A DNA stretch of 64,000 bases from Trypanosoma brucei (lineage: Eukaryota), in the NCBI GenBank assembly GCA_000002445.1, contig CP000067.1:928001-992000 (forward strand). The letters run 5' to 3'. Below the pieces are notes generated by a model. It had not been told where the DNA came from. It made no database searches and saw only the letters and a program-made list of their open reading frames with translations. This document shows, one piece after another, positions 36,301-49,090 of this stretch (position 1 is the first letter of the stretch; every line of letters begins with the position of its first letter). A program made the position numbers and the translations under genes.

Positions 36301-39300
36301 GAGGGTATCAACTGCGCACCGCTTTCGGGAGATTAGCCATATACCCCCTTCCCTCAAGTGCAAGAGCGAATGTGGCCTTCAGCACACAATTCCTTCTGCA
36401 TCACTCCCTGCCTCTGCATCGAAGGTGACCCAACGCTGATTACCATCAAGGGCCATCACCTCTTTCCGGGATGCGACCTCATATTTTTTAAATCAGGCAA
36501 CTTCTGTGGGGGACGGCCGAACCATAAACTAAGCTTCGTCAGATTGGGGACACGTTACCGGCAACAGTAAAACCTCGGTCCACGGACCAACCAACTGTAA
36601 ATTCCCCATCCTTGGCATCTGGAACGCAGGACCCCTGTTCAGAGTGGTGGGAATTTGCATCCGCTCAAATCGCTAACGTTTTTTAGATTCTAGCTCGGTT
36701 GGTCAAACATTCCATGCTTACATGGGGGCTTCTGGGGAAATGTACCGAGTTCGCAGCAAGGCACTCGCCATTTCCAAGCTGCATCATAGCAGACACCACT
36801 TGCCAGGTTCCATTTTTTTTTTTGACCCTCAACCACGTCTGACCCGCTCTGAACGGGTATAGAGACGACGCCGTCCTTTACTTTAGAGCTGGACCACACT
36901 GCGTGTTTGTAGCGGTAGAAAGTACGTACCACATTTACTCCAGCCTTCGTGTATACCCTTGAGGGAAGCAAAAGACCACCGGAAGCAGGTGAATAATATG
37001 GAAGAGACAATCTCTCTCCGGCTTAGGCACTTCCTGCACCCCTTCGAGCTTTGCAGAGAATGAGAACTTGGTTATGCTTAACCTTCCTATTAAGGGGTCG
37101 CTACGATCCCACCGATGCAGAGCGTAACAGTATGCTTGCGCCAGAAGCGACATGCGCTCAGAGGTTATACTTCACCAGTAGTTCTCTGTTAGTTCTGCAC
37201 ACGGCTTCTGGTCGCTGTGCTCTAATCGCCAACACCACTTCGACGACACAAAGACACTAACTTTTGGTGGGTTCCTTTTGCACGGGAGGTAGGACCCTAG
37301 TACTACGATGAAGTACCCAGCATGACGAGGGGTACATGCCGTAAGGTACGCAAGCTTTTCGTCTTGGATGACAATGTTCCCACCATAATGAGGAATAGAG
37401 AAAAATAGCGGTCGATTTTCCTAACACATCCAATTCGCCGCACATCAGCCCGTATCGGCACTCCCAGAGTAATATAAGACCACTAAGAATACCGAGATAA
37501 TCGCACAACCCCATGGTACTGACGTTCCTTCGGCTTAGAGACATCAGAACATTCGCAAACAATTTACTCACAAACATTGGTGATGCACTATTCAGACTGA
37601 CGTTGAGTAACAACGGTATGTCTATACCGGTGCTTATGAAATCAAAGCTGATATGCCGTTCCCGTAACAAAATCTGTAGCATGATCTATATTTCCCTTAA
37701 AAATCCTTCTCCCCGTCGTCTTAACCACTCGCTCAACTGTGCAATGATGTGGAAAAGATAATAGGATCAGCTTTCATTACTTTATTCACTCTTCGCAGTT
37801 TCCGTCTGGTATGGCCTCCACATTGAAGACAGAACACTGCCTTCGTCAACAATAGTCAGGAGCGATTTTTTACTCAGTAACAGCGAGGATGCGAGTACAC
37901 AAGACAATGCAGCCTTAATGTTAGGCCGCATACGGCTTTCATTACTTCAAACAAGTTAAGCACCTTTGAACCAACTGCACGGTCCTTGTTGCGGCTTAAA
38001 ACATTCTAACACCGCAGATGTCTAGGTTACCCGAAGGAACCACTTGTGTACCTCACCTCCATAACATATTATCACATGAAAGAGCTACCTTATTTCACCG
38101 GAAAAAAGACAACGAAGAGTGGTAGACTGGCTGACGTACCTACGCTAACAACATTTCCCCCCTCGTGACTAGACTGAAAGAAGCTCAGCAACACCGAGGC
38201 AGTGCGTATTCGATACCAGTGTAGCACCTACTGAACAAATGGTTCATTGTACGCAGTTTATTTTGCATACCAACAGCATTGAGGCCACGCAAGTGTCTAC
38301 ACTAAATTGGCCAAAAGAAGAGTTATGGAGAACATGTATTTCTGTCCCTCACAATTGTGCAGAGAAAGGGACGTGATGAGAAGAAAAAAAAAACGAATGC
38401 TATTATGACAAGGATGCATCTCCACCACATGCCGTGTGCTTTGTGGGATTCAATGACATCGGCTGTTTATACCGAATAAAACACAGAAAAAATTTTGCGT
38501 CACCCACCCGCTCTGACGCGCTACACAGAACACGATTTGGCGTGGTGACAAGTAATCATACCCTGCCTTCGAGTTTTCGCAGTGACTTTAAAAGGGTATT
38601 TTAAACACCCGAATCAGAGCGAAACAACCACGATGAACGTACCCTACAGTCGGAACATTTTTCTGTTATTGTTTTCTCAAAATAAAACGAAACAACAAAA
38701 CAACACACACACACGAGTGTCCGAAAAATACAACGGATGACGGTTCCATGCTTGATCTTACGCGTTTTCGTACGGATTGCTTGCAGGCTCAAGTGCCTCC
38801 CTTTTTTACTAATTCATCCATGTGGCTCTGTTGCCTAAATACCGGCGTTGTAACTCATAAACGCGGTGTTTTAACTACAAATGACGGTGCGCAAGAGCAC
38901 GACAAAAAGCTAGTGACATATTTCCCATATCCCTGACAGCGGTACTGAAGCCACGGAGTTATCACCAAATAGTTAACTTCACAATCCCTTTGTTCCTTCG
39001 TAACATCCTCGCTTCGTGTTGCAAGAAGGGAGTGTAATTGCTTGCCCGTTTTCAATGCCCAGTGCAGTTGGTGGCACCAAAAAGGCCATCCTTAGGTAAA
39101 CGTCCAGGTCTCCAGATATTAATCGGCAAGGAACTCTCCCGAAACTGGGTGATAGCAAACGTAAGTGTTTTCGTCTGAAAATTACTCTCCTGTTTGTGAG
39201 GTTGGATAGCCACGCAAAGTTCATGTGGTAAAAATGCTTATTTCCAGTGCAGATGATTGTGCACATTCTGTCTTCTATCACGGCAAAAACTTGTCCTCTG

Positions 39301-40711
39301 AAGTATCAGAAAAAATTAACCGAGCACGAGTTGGTTAAAACGAGCATGCACATGGTCATTACTTACAGCAATCGTACTTGGGTTGAGGAAAAAAAAATAA
39401 AAAGAATAGCGGCACCTTGGAACGCAAGGCGCCTCGAAGCGATCATTGTGTTAGAGTGCTGACGGCGACCTCAACCACCACAGTATGTTATCAGGCGATG
39501 GTGCTTTGCTTAGGTAGGGATGTCAAATCTCTACCACGCACTACACCAGCTTTTCGGCACGGTAGAAAGTTGGCGAGCGCCAACTAACAGTCAAATACAC
39601 GACAAGCCGGTTATCAGATGGGACATTCTCTTCGGAGTCGTCTAGGAGCATGTGCATTTCTCTGCACCGGCAGCTGTACACAAATGTTAAAGCCGAAAAG
39701 TTAGCATTGAACAACTGGATATATCTAGGAGCTTGGGCGAAATATGGAGATCATGTCATCAGAACAACACTTCTGCGCTGGCTGCAATCCTGTCACGCAA
39801 AGCAATGTAAGCCTTACTTCCTTTTGACAGATCACATAACTTCAATGATGACGCAGACTCCTCTGCTGCTGCATGTTCCAACAATATGCTACAGACTATA
39901 ATTTCTGCATGAACTGCAGTGACGCCGCAATGATATACCATGGCATATTCTAACACTCATTCTTGCATGATCTCTCGTACTTCCGACAACATCAGGCAAG
40001 TTTTGAGCATTCGTCGTCAACAAAAATTCGTGTTTGTTTCTACTAGCACTACCGCCGACGTTCGTGGAGGTGTTATTCATCCGCTTCACACCAGCACAAG
40101 TGCTTCGTACTGTCGCGGACACGGCAATACCTAAAACAGGTTCGCTCGCGGTCTCCCCACCTCCACTTCCTCGCGGATTATTCTTTCTGCCTGCCCACTG
40201 GGGCGCAGTCGAACTAAGGAGACGGGCATATCCATTTGCACTTCGACTGCCCCGCGATACAACTGCCCCAACAGCCAAGGGACCACACAACACGGGACAC
40301 AGTGCTCGGCATCACTTTCCCAGTTCCCCTTTCCTTTTTCAATTCCGCCGCTGCGGTCAACCGACTAAACTTCCGTGGGGGATCGTCGGCATGTTGAGTG
40401 CCTACGGGCGCGCACGACTGCCCCGCGTGTCTACATCTGCGCAAGCTAACCCCGAGGCAAGAGGCGTGACCCCACAACACCCGGGGGCGTGCAACTGCTT
40501 CCCGCCCCACTTCGGACCCGATTGACAAGGCGTCACCGCAGTTGAAGAACATCAGGCCTCCACCGGGGCCGATCGAAACCTTTCAGCGTCCCTTAAGTCC
40601 GTAACGTCCTACCGTGCGGACGGGTGGCCCCTACCCAGTAGCTGATCCGCAGGCGCAAACCAGCGCAGAGGGAAGGGGGTTTGACACTCCTGTGATACCT
40701 CATGCGGTCGA

Positions 40712-40911
40712 GGGCCAACGCAAGCATGATGGTAGCGGCGGGGTGGAGCTCCGCGAACGTATTTTCTTCATAACTCATCCTCAGCCGATGAGAAGCAGCA
40801 TTTGTACTGTGGCACGCGATCTTCCAGAGCCACTTATCAATATAACAGATGAGAAAGTGACCCTCGGTTTCTCATCCATATTACCGGGGAGCTGGTCCTT
40901 AATACCGCAGC
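40712..40911 (+). repeat. Left copy of a roughly 200-bp inverted repeat pair
   Basis: This sequence is the reverse complement of 44834..45032 at about 97% identity. Both copies keep an open frame: 'RKHDGSGGVELRERIFFITHPQPMRSSICTVARDLPEP(L/F)INITDE(K/R)VTLGFSSILPGSWSLIPQRN'. Confidence 0.85.
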
Positions 40912-43900
40912 GAAATGCCCAGAGCGAGGGGAAAAGGAGGTGAGCGTTGCGAGCCGGCCTGTCCTTGCGGGTGCCAGCGGGCTTTGGGTTTTCAGGGTGG
41001 AACGATCAAAGGGGCGGTGGGAGAGTGGAAGCGGATGGGAATACGCTGAAGTACTGTGGCAGCGCCGCGTGCGACCGGTTGCTATGCGGGAACCTCCGTG
41101 GGTGGTGGTGGCTTCTGACTGTAAGTCGCGTGCCCGTGGTTGGGGTGCGAGCGTTTTCAAAGAGGCTCTTTATGACGAAAAATGAGTGGCCATTCGGTGT
41201 CGTCTCCTCCGTCGACCGCCGCGAAGGTATTTACTTTGTTCCATTTCATTTGCGCGATGCTTTGTGCTACAACCAGATTGAAAATATAACACCTCCTTGA
41301 AAACCCAAAGGAAAATTTCTATTTTCATTTAGAGATAAAGTTCAGGAGACAGGAATATTTTGTGATGCTCCGCGGTGTGGGCAGACATATTGCTACAGAA
41401 CGCGCGATACCATTGGTTGGGAGGTGAGCGTTGGAAAAGGACATGAAGCGAAGTGGGAGATAGGAGGTATATGTGTGTGTGTGTGTTGGGCGGTGGATCG
41501 GGGCGCGGTCCGATACAAGCGGTGGGCCGCCGGAGGCAGCGACGAGACATGTGCAAGTAAGTGGCACAACCCGAAAAAAATAAAAAATAAATTGGAGTTT
41601 GGTCAGGAGCTGACCCGCCTATGTGGCGAATCTGGACTTATATTTGCTTCTGTAGACTGTATGTTTCTGAATTTTGGTGATGCTGGATACCCACCCACCC
41701 ACTCACTCCCCCAAACACACGTACGTGTACATTCGTACGTGCATGTGCTGCTGTTTCTGGCTATCAGTTGTCCTACTGTGCGATGGCAGCGGATGACAGA
41801 TGTGAGTGGCTTGGGGGGGGGGGCGATATATTGCACATGAGTACATGGTATAATGTGTATGTGCGCGGCAGCGACGGAGATGGGTTTACCTATTGGTGGA
41901 TGGAGAAGGGCCGCTACTAGTGAGACCAACCAAACTATGCACACTTTTGGCAACGCTTTCCCCACCACGCCCCCCGGCGAGAAGGCTTTGTGAACATAAT
42001 ACAATGTCGTTACGCGTTTGATAAAGCGCTTAACGCTAAACGTCCCGTGCATGTGTTTGTGGCTGTGCTTTCCTTCAGATTGCTGTAAGTAAAGCGCATA
42101 TGTGAAAACTCATCTTTAGAGTTTCATTGGGAGTGTTATGCAGTTTCGTACTGGTGTCCAGGGGTGTCCACTGCAACGGTAGTTTGTGACTTCAGTTTCA
42201 TTCGTTGAATTTGCATTTCTAATTAATTGGCCCCCTTCGTGTTGGGGGACGCATTGTTGTGGGGTTGAAGAGTGTTTCTCATGGTGTTGTCGCAAAGCGG
42301 TCGACACCATGCTCTGTCACACGTGTAGGGCGGTTGTATGCGCGGGGACGTTGAGTCTTTTTTTTTTCGGAAGAAACATAGAGGGTGGGCGGAGGTGCCA
42401 ACGGGCGTCTTCCGACTTCACACAAACATGTTATTCATGCCTACCATAAGGCTGATAGGTGGTTCAACGTGGAAGAGTTTTGTGAGACATTTATGTTTTT
42501 ACAGTGGCTGCACGATGCTCTCATGGATTCGTGGACGTACAGGAAGTGTGGTACAAGTCACATTGATACTGGAAGCTGTTGTAAGGTCAACATGTACGCT
42601 TTCAGTAAGCGTCTAACCGGCGGTGGGACAACTGATTTGTGGATGGCCACTAGCGGAGGCAGCAGATGAAATTGTATGACACATTATTTTCAGAGACTAT
42701 GGGTTTCTTCACTTCATGTTTGTCAATGTCCATTATATTTGTGAAGGTGGTGTCTTGAGCCGCGCGTCGGCGCATTCCTCATCCGGCGTACTTGTTTGGC
42801 AAATGTTCGCGGTAAAGGACTCGAAATCATATGGCAAGATGGTCATCATGAATGCTCTTGAGAGCACTGGGTCCGTAGCCAGTTTGTGGTTGACCAGGCT
42901 TAGGCCACGTGCGAATATCAATGCGCGATTCAAAGAACAAAACAGGAATGTGAGCTTCAGCTCAACCGCCCTGTGCTTACACGAAAAGATTACTAACGTT
43001 AATTATTTATTAGACTAACCGCGATAGCGGTGCCGCTTACGTCCGGAAGGATATGGGACAAACTATGAAAACTGCTCTGCACAAGTCAGCTGAATTGTGC
43101 AAATTGTAACAGAATTAAACCAAGCTAAATTGCGGACAAAGCTTCCTCGCTGTAACGATGACCGTGGAGATACTTTCCCTTTTTCCTTTCCGCTAGTCAC
43201 ACAATTGTCCAACTTCCGTGCAATATCGCCGCGACAGGCGCGGCGTAGACACTCTACGGGCTAAGTTACTAATTCAATAGATATCAGAGATTTCCTGAAA
43301 CGCGTGAGCAAGGCATTCCGTAGTGGTTGTATAAGTGTAAAGCAAGGTGGAGGAGGAGAATAATTGTGTACAGTTGGGAGGAGCTGTGTCAGGAAATTAG
43401 ATCACGGCACAAAGGGCGGAGGTGACCTGATGGAGGCGGTGTTTTTTTCTTCTTTTTAACTGTGTTGAACTCGCCGAACCCATTTCTACATACATCAGGG
43501 GCAGTTACCATGATGCTCCTTACCCTTTCTCATTTTCAGGTTGAAATGTTGACCAGTATAGGCACTGTGTCTTAATGTGGCGGCAGCTATCGGTATGCAT
43601 AATGCGGCAGTTCAAGTCGAACCCCTAAGTTGGTCAGGTGAGAGGAAGAGAGCATGCCATACGTCGGGGGAGTGTTCGGTGGAGACCCACCGATATATGA
43701 AAATGTTCGTTGTGCTTAATGCTGGCACTGCCGGTGTACGCTCTAGTTCCGCGAAGGTAAGTCTACATGTCCCTATTCGATGAACCGAGGTGGCCCACAT
43801 CTTTTGCGGTCCACAACCACTCCTTCTGACACATTTTTGCATCCACTGCACATTGCATGGTCGCGGTTTTATTATTGCCCTAAGGACTTTGTGGCTGCTG

Positions 43901-44833
43901 GCGACGTTTGAGGCGAATATGGGGTGTTATTGCCCTATGCGGCGTGTTCATTTTGACTTATACCCACAACGACATTGATGTGGTGGCTACAAGCTCACAT
44001 GTCTCTTCGTGCCTAGAGTTTCAAAAAAGAAAAAAAAAGGAAACATGGCTATACTGTTGTTAGTATCATTTGTTAGTAGAAATATCTCTTATGTTTTTTT
44101 GTGACCAGAAAAAGCTTCGCAATAATGTCTAATATAGTATTCCTTGTACCGCTGTTTTGCATAGGGGTTGTTTTCATCAACTTTCTCCCTTTGTAGAGGT
44201 CTTAAAAGATTGTGAGGCAACGTGTAAGCGCACACAGACAACCAGCCAGCCGTGAGGGGGATTCAAAGGGAGGTGGTCTTGTATTTTTGTCTATAGGATG
44301 CGGAGGAGTGCACTTACCAGAGCGAGATGCCACTGAATGGTACAAAGTTTCTGGTGATTCTTGTTTCAACGCTACCAAAAGCAACACTGTATATTCCCTA
44401 GCGTTCAAACTCTACACGCTAGCGGTGGAGGCGTTCCGTGTTGAATGCCTTGAAGAATCACCTGGTAGAGGTGTGAATTACACCAATGCGGCGAGGCACT
44501 CGACGAAAAGGACAATATATGGCGGTACCGAATACATGTATTTCGATGAACATGGGTGTGCACACAAAGTTTAATCGCGCCGTTGCGCGGGGAGCATCGA
44601 GATTCCGTCATTGCCTATCGTTCACTTTCTTTTTTTAAATGAGGATATACACTGTAGAATATACGAATGCTCTGTCAGCACGGGGTGACCGCTAGAGGGA
44701 CTACGCATTAAAGGTCATCACATAACTCTACAAAAAGCCGCTTCACTGACTGAGTTATCGCTAACAAAGCTTTGCATGTCCTGTGTGTGTGAGTCGCTAA
44801 TGCAAAACTGCAGAGGTCGCTTGGTTTCATGAC

Positions 44834-45032
44834 AATTTCGCTGCGGTATTAAGGACCAGCTCCCCGGTAATATGGATGAGAAACCGAGGGTCACTCTCTC
44901 ATCCGTTATATTGATAAATGGCTCTGGAAGATCGCGTGCCACAGTACAAATGCTGCTTCTCATCGGCTGAGGATGAGTTATGAAGAAAATACGTTCGCGG
45001 AGCTCCACCCCGCCGCTACCATCATGCTTGCG
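44834..45032 (-). repeat. Right copy of the roughly 200-bp inverted repeat pair, about 230 bp upstream of the adenylate cyclase ORF
   Basis: See the left copy. Homology breaks abruptly at both ends: 'aataccgcagcgaaat' at one end and 'cgcaagcatgatgg' at the other. Confidence 0.85.
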
Positions 45033-45265
45033 TTTATGTTTGGATGCTTTGGAGGGTGACAGTAAGGTACTGCGCATGTACGCTAGGGGAAGACCTGTTT
45101 GCGATTGAAGGGTGTGTGTGTCTTGGCGCAGTTGCGTCTCGAATCCTTTGACAATTTTCCCAGCGCATAAACATTTTATTAGGGTCTCTGGATCTGGGAT
45201 GTCTCTGAGGTGCCACCGTACCTGTCGATGTCACGAGGTAGACGTTTCAAACTTAGGTTGCTCCA

Positions 45266-48200
45266 ATGTGCAACATCAGATCTAGTTTCTTATGCGCACT
45301 TTCCCCATTTCTTCTCAGCACAACTATTCTTCCTGCTATTTCTGTAGGCAACAAACTTGAGCAGCTGGGGGGCCCTATCATGTTTTCTTTCACGCCTCGG
45401 GTTGGGCTTAGCTTTGACATTTCTGGCAGACGGGGAGCAGATAACTCTGGTTTGTGCCGCCCTCACCGTCTACGCTTAGCCACCGTAGTGATGTTACTAC
45501 TCTTCATGGCTCCCCCAGCTTTATCAGAAGATGTCATGACGGTTAGGGTCTACTCTTTGCTATATAATCCTCTTATACCGGACAACCTATGCGATGCAAT
45601 CAATGCAGGACTCAACGCTTCTCTGGCATCCCGCAAATGGACTGTTGCACCCGATGTCAAGGTAGAGCTCATTTCACCTACGTCTTACAAGATCAAGCCT
45701 GTTGAGGTCCTTCAAGTCGCCTTAGAGCGACACAAAGGCGAGTTCTTTGTCGTCATTGGGCCAGTTGGCGACGGTCAGGCGCTTGCCTCCCTTCCATTGC
45801 TGGAGCGAGAGAATTTGGTCGGTTTTGCTCCGTCCACCGGGTCCAACGCTATGCGTGGATGGAATCCCCACGTATATTTTCTCAGTGCTTCGCCCAATGC
45901 GGAATTGCTCACCCTCGTTCGCTATGCTGTCAGCCAACTGCGCCTGCTTCGGATTGGATTTATGTATCTTCGGGGCATTTCCTTTGGTGATACTGAGTAT
46001 AAGATGACCACGTCACTAATGTCCAGCGTGGGCCGTGAGCTATGTGGTGTGTTTACTGTGGACGGCTTAATGAGAGGACGGGTCAACGATGATGACTTTA
46101 ATACCGCCTGGGAGCAGTTTGCGGAGACGAGACCGCAAGGCGTCATCGCGTTTGCCCCTCCGGCAAAAGACCTCATCAAGTTTGTGAAGAGGTTGTTGTC
46201 TGACAGCCGCACGCACGATGCTTACTTGCTGTCTTCTTCATCGCTTGAGTTCGCACTAGACACGTGGCGCGAGGCATTGGAAGCAGATGGTGCTGAATTT
46301 TTTCTTGGCCAACTCATGCTAACACGAACAGGTCCACTGGCGAGGGACACACACTACCAAGCAATCAGGCGCTTTCAGGATCACATGAGGTCGTACCTGA
46401 GCGCTAATCCTGGAGTGACTGTTTTCAATGGCACGGATAACTTCGACCACGACGACGTGGATGGGGAGCTTATGGTGTATGGGTGGATTGCGGGAGAAGT
46501 GCTGTCCCAGGCGCTAAGTAGTCGGGAGTGGCTAACAAGCAGGAAGGCATTCATGGAGTCACTGTATAACCAGCGCCGTTATGTTATTGACGACCTTGTG
46601 ATTGGTGATTTTGGTGGAGACTGCAAAGGTGGGGCCGGTGAGCGAGGAGCAGCATGCAACTGTAATCAGGGAGGGAATGTGCTGTACATCAATGTCGTCG
46701 GAAACGACGAGCGATTCCACACGGTGCAGGGAGGAACAACAGTCTTTGAACCGTCCAGGTGCCTTGCTGAAAGCGTAAGACTGTACTCTCCACTGAACAC
46801 TTTGATGTTTTTAATGCTGGATCGCGAGTTGGCGCAGGTCTCCAGCGAGGCACTGTACTACGGAGCTAATGTTCTAACTGGTAACGGGAGATTTGGTCAA
46901 TCTGATCGGCTATTTATAAGCATGATACCTTCGCCGTCAAATGCCACCTATTTGGCACTACAGAGCGAGCTTGACACAAGGAGTGTGACGGCTGTGTTTG
47001 GTGTCGTTGATGATGCGATGCTGTCCATTGCCGAAGTTGCCTTCGTTGACCCTGTAATGCTTACACCACGCCTGCATCATCGTGGCAGAAACGTGATTCA
47101 ACTTTCACCCACACTCGAGCAGCAGTTGTTTGTTGTTGTGGGTTACGTGACAAACACAAGTGCCAGCGCCCCTATGTCTGCCATCGTACGTGGAGCTGAT
47201 GCCACCATCATTGAGGTCGCACTGCGGAAGATTGTTTGGATGCACGGCGGAACACTGCAAACGGTAGCTGTGCTGGATGACAATGCCACCCTTGTTGGGC
47301 GCCTGCCAAACCGTGGGAATGCGTTTGTTATTGGTCTTGCCCCCGGTGACCCTTCCTTGCTCGCAGCGCACCTGGATCGCAACCCAGATGTGCGTGTGCT
47401 CATCCCATTCTTCGACGTTGCCCTGATGTATGATGAGCTGGTCAGCGCATTCAATGGTAACCCGAACGCTGAGCGTGTGCAGTTCGCGACAAGTTTACCT
47501 CACTGGGCAGACGCCAATACGTCATCAGAGATCGTAAGAGAATTTCATACCGCATTGCCAGACTCATCAGCATGGAAGCCGCTGCCGTTGCTGGGGTACG
47601 CTGCTGCACGGTTTGCTCAAGCCGTCCTCCCACGCATGGAGTATGTGACACCCAAAACGCTGCTTGACACCATCTACATGCAATCTATCATTACCGCGGA
47701 TGAAATGCGGTACGGTCCTTTTGAAGAGGAAGAGGAGAAGGAGTGCTTCACAGCCAATGACCCAGTCCCTGAACAAGGAGAGGTGTGTGTTGTGAACTAT
47801 GGCGCAACGCGTATTTCCATGTGGTCACTGGCACGTGCATTAAATGCCTCCGTACCGCCATTAACCTCGCCCGTCACGCCATTGATACGCTACGCTGATC
47901 CTAACGCCATTAAGTTGTCGTCCGCACAACTTGCCGGAGTTATTGTTGGTTCCCTCGTCGCCTTGGCTTTGTTTGCTGCGCCTCTGGTGGTGGTGCTCTA
48001 TGTTCTGCGCCGTGGTGCGCGTGACAATGACAGTGCTCCCAAGGAGCCAATGGAGCCCGTAACGCTAATCTTTACTGACATAGAGAGCAGCACAGCGCAA
48101 TGGGCAGCACACCCTGAGCTGATGCCTGATGCCGTGTCAACACACCACCGTCTTATCCGCTCACTCATCGTACAGTACGGATGCTATGAGGTAAAGACTG

Positions 48201-49090
48201 TTGGGGACTCGTTTATGATTGCTTGTAAAAAACCTTTTGCTGCTGCACAGCTTGCGTCCGACTTACAGCGGTGCTTCCTGCGCCATGAGTGGGGCACCAC
48301 AGCATTCGACGATTCGTATCGTGAGTTTGAGAGGCAGCGTGCAGATGACGATAACGAATACAAGGCACCGTCCGCACGGTTGGATCCTGAGGTTTATCGC
48401 CAACTGTGGAATGGGTTGCGCGTGCGTGTCGGGGTCCACACTGGTATTTGCGATATCCGCCGAGATGAGGTGACAAAAGGCTACGATTACTACGGGCGAA
48501 CATCAAACATGGCAGCGCGAACAGAAAGTGTGGCTAATGGTGGTCAGGTGCTGCTGTCGCGCGCGGCATATCTTTCGCTAAGCAATTCAGAGCGTGGGCA
48601 ACTTGACGTGACAGCTCTTGGATCCATGTCGTTGCGTGGCGTCCCTAAGCCTGTTGAAATGTACCAACTAAACGCTGTAGTCGGACGGTCCTTCGCAGCA
48701 CTGAGGTTGGACCGCGAGGTTGTCGAGGACGGGGATCTGTCAAGCACTTCCTTCAGCGATACGGGATCCTTACGTGGCGTATTAAGTGGAACTTCGCAGA
48801 TGATTGACAGCTGTTTGCATGCCGTGCTTGGAACGCTAGGTCCATCCCAAAGACAGAAACTATTGATGCCTTTATGCGAGCGCTGGCAGGTGAGCCTCCC
48901 GCCGTCATCGAAAGCCACGTGGAATGAGGAATATTGCGAAGGAGTTATACGGCGTATTGCAGTGAAAGTGGGTCGAGTGGTCGATCACTGTGCAGCAAGT
49001 GGCAGTGAGCGGTCCGCGAGTACACTTAGGAGTGCGTCACTCATTATAATTTCTAATCATGGATTGGATGGGGAGGCGCGTACCACATAG
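45266..49090 (+). CDS. Receptor-type adenylate cyclase (GRESAG4/ESAG4-like): extracellular periplasmic-binding-protein-like domain, single TM, class III cyclase catalytic domain
   Basis: A single TM 'LAGVIVGSLVALALFAAPLVVVLYVL' (about 47930-48010) is followed by a class III cyclase core. Its motifs are 'VTLIFTDIESSTAQW', 'YEVKTVGDSFMIACK' and 'GLRVRVGVHTG' (about 48050-48700). The large N-terminal ectodomain has a signal-like 'MLLLFMAPPALS'. A polypyrimidine tract plus AG at 45300-45358 lies inside the annotated 5' extension, so the true start is probably Met39 (45380) or Met76 (45491). Confidence 0.85.
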   Translation: MCNIRSSFLCALSPFLLSTTILPAISVGNKLEQLGGPIMFSFTPRVGLSFDISGRRGADNSGLCRPHRLRLATVVMLLLFMAPPALSEDVMTVRVYSLLYNPLIPDNLCDAINAGLNASLASRKWTVAPDVKVELISPTSYKIKPVEVLQVALERHKGEFFVVIGPVGDGQALASLPLLERENLVGFAPSTGSNAMRGWNPHVYFLSASPNAELLTLVRYAVSQLRLLRIGFMYLRGISFGDTEYKMTTSLMSSVGRELCGVFTVDGLMRGRVNDDDFNTAWEQFAETRPQGVIAFAPPAKDLIKFVKRLLSDSRTHDAYLLSSSSLEFALDTWREALEADGAEFFLGQLMLTRTGPLARDTHYQAIRRFQDHMRSYLSANPGVTVFNGTDNFDHDDVDGELMVYGWIAGEVLSQALSSREWLTSRKAFMESLYNQRRYVIDDLVIGDFGGDCKGGAGERGAACNCNQGGNVLYINVVGNDERFHTVQGGTTVFEPSRCLAESVRLYSPLNTLMFLMLDRELAQVSSEALYYGANVLTGNGRFGQSDRLFISMIPSPSNATYLALQSELDTRSVTAVFGVVDDAMLSIAEVAFVDPVMLTPRLHHRGRNVIQLSPTLEQQLFVVVGYVTNTSASAPMSAIVRGADATIIEVALRKIVWMHGGTLQTVAVLDDNATLVGRLPNRGNAFVIGLAPGDPSLLAAHLDRNPDVRVLIPFFDVALMYDELVSAFNGNPNAERVQFATSLPHWADANTSSEIVREFHTALPDSSAWKPLPLLGYAAARFAQAVLPRMEYVTPKTLLDTIYMQSIITADEMRYGPFEEEEEKECFTANDPVPEQGEVCVVNYGATRISMWSLARALNASVPPLTSPVTPLIRYADPNAIKLSSAQLAGVIVGSLVALALFAAPLVVVLYVLRRGARDNDSAPKEPMEPVTLIFTDIESSTAQWAAHPELMPDAVSTHHRLIRSLIVQYGCYEVKTVGDSFMIACKKPFAAAQLASDLQRCFLRHEWGTTAFDDSYREFERQRADDDNEYKAPSARLDPEVYRQLWNGLRVRVGVHTGICDIRRDEVTKGYDYYGRTSNMAARTESVANGGQVLLSRAAYLSLSNSERGQLDVTALGSMSLRGVPKPVEMYQLNAVVGRSFAALRLDREVVEDGDLSSTSFSDTGSLRGVLSGTSQMIDSCLHAVLGTLGPSQRQKLLMPLCERWQVSLPPSSKATWNEEYCEGVIRRIAVKVGRVVDHCAASGSERSASTLRSASLIIISNHGLDGEARTT
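45300..45358 (+). promoter_or_regulatory. Polypyrimidine tract and AG dinucleotide: probable trans-splice acceptor region for the adenylate cyclase mRNA
   Basis: 'ttatgcgcactttccccatttcttctcagcacaactattcttcctgctatttctgtag' lies immediately upstream of candidate start codons at 45380 and 45491. Confidence 0.45.

Noticed and set aside
33414-40600. ORFs such as 34526..35113 (-, 195 aa) and 40034..40525 (+, 163 aa)
   Set aside because: These are GC-rich non-coding sequence with no recognisable domains, mixed strands and overlaps. They could be further decayed retroelement debris, but I could not support any specific call.
45266-45490. The N-terminal 75 codons of the adenylate cyclase ORF as annotated by the track
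   Set aside because: A polypyrimidine tract with an AG acceptor lies inside this segment (45300-45358). The first plausible signal-peptide Met is at 45380 or 45491. The extreme 5' part is probably untranslated leader.
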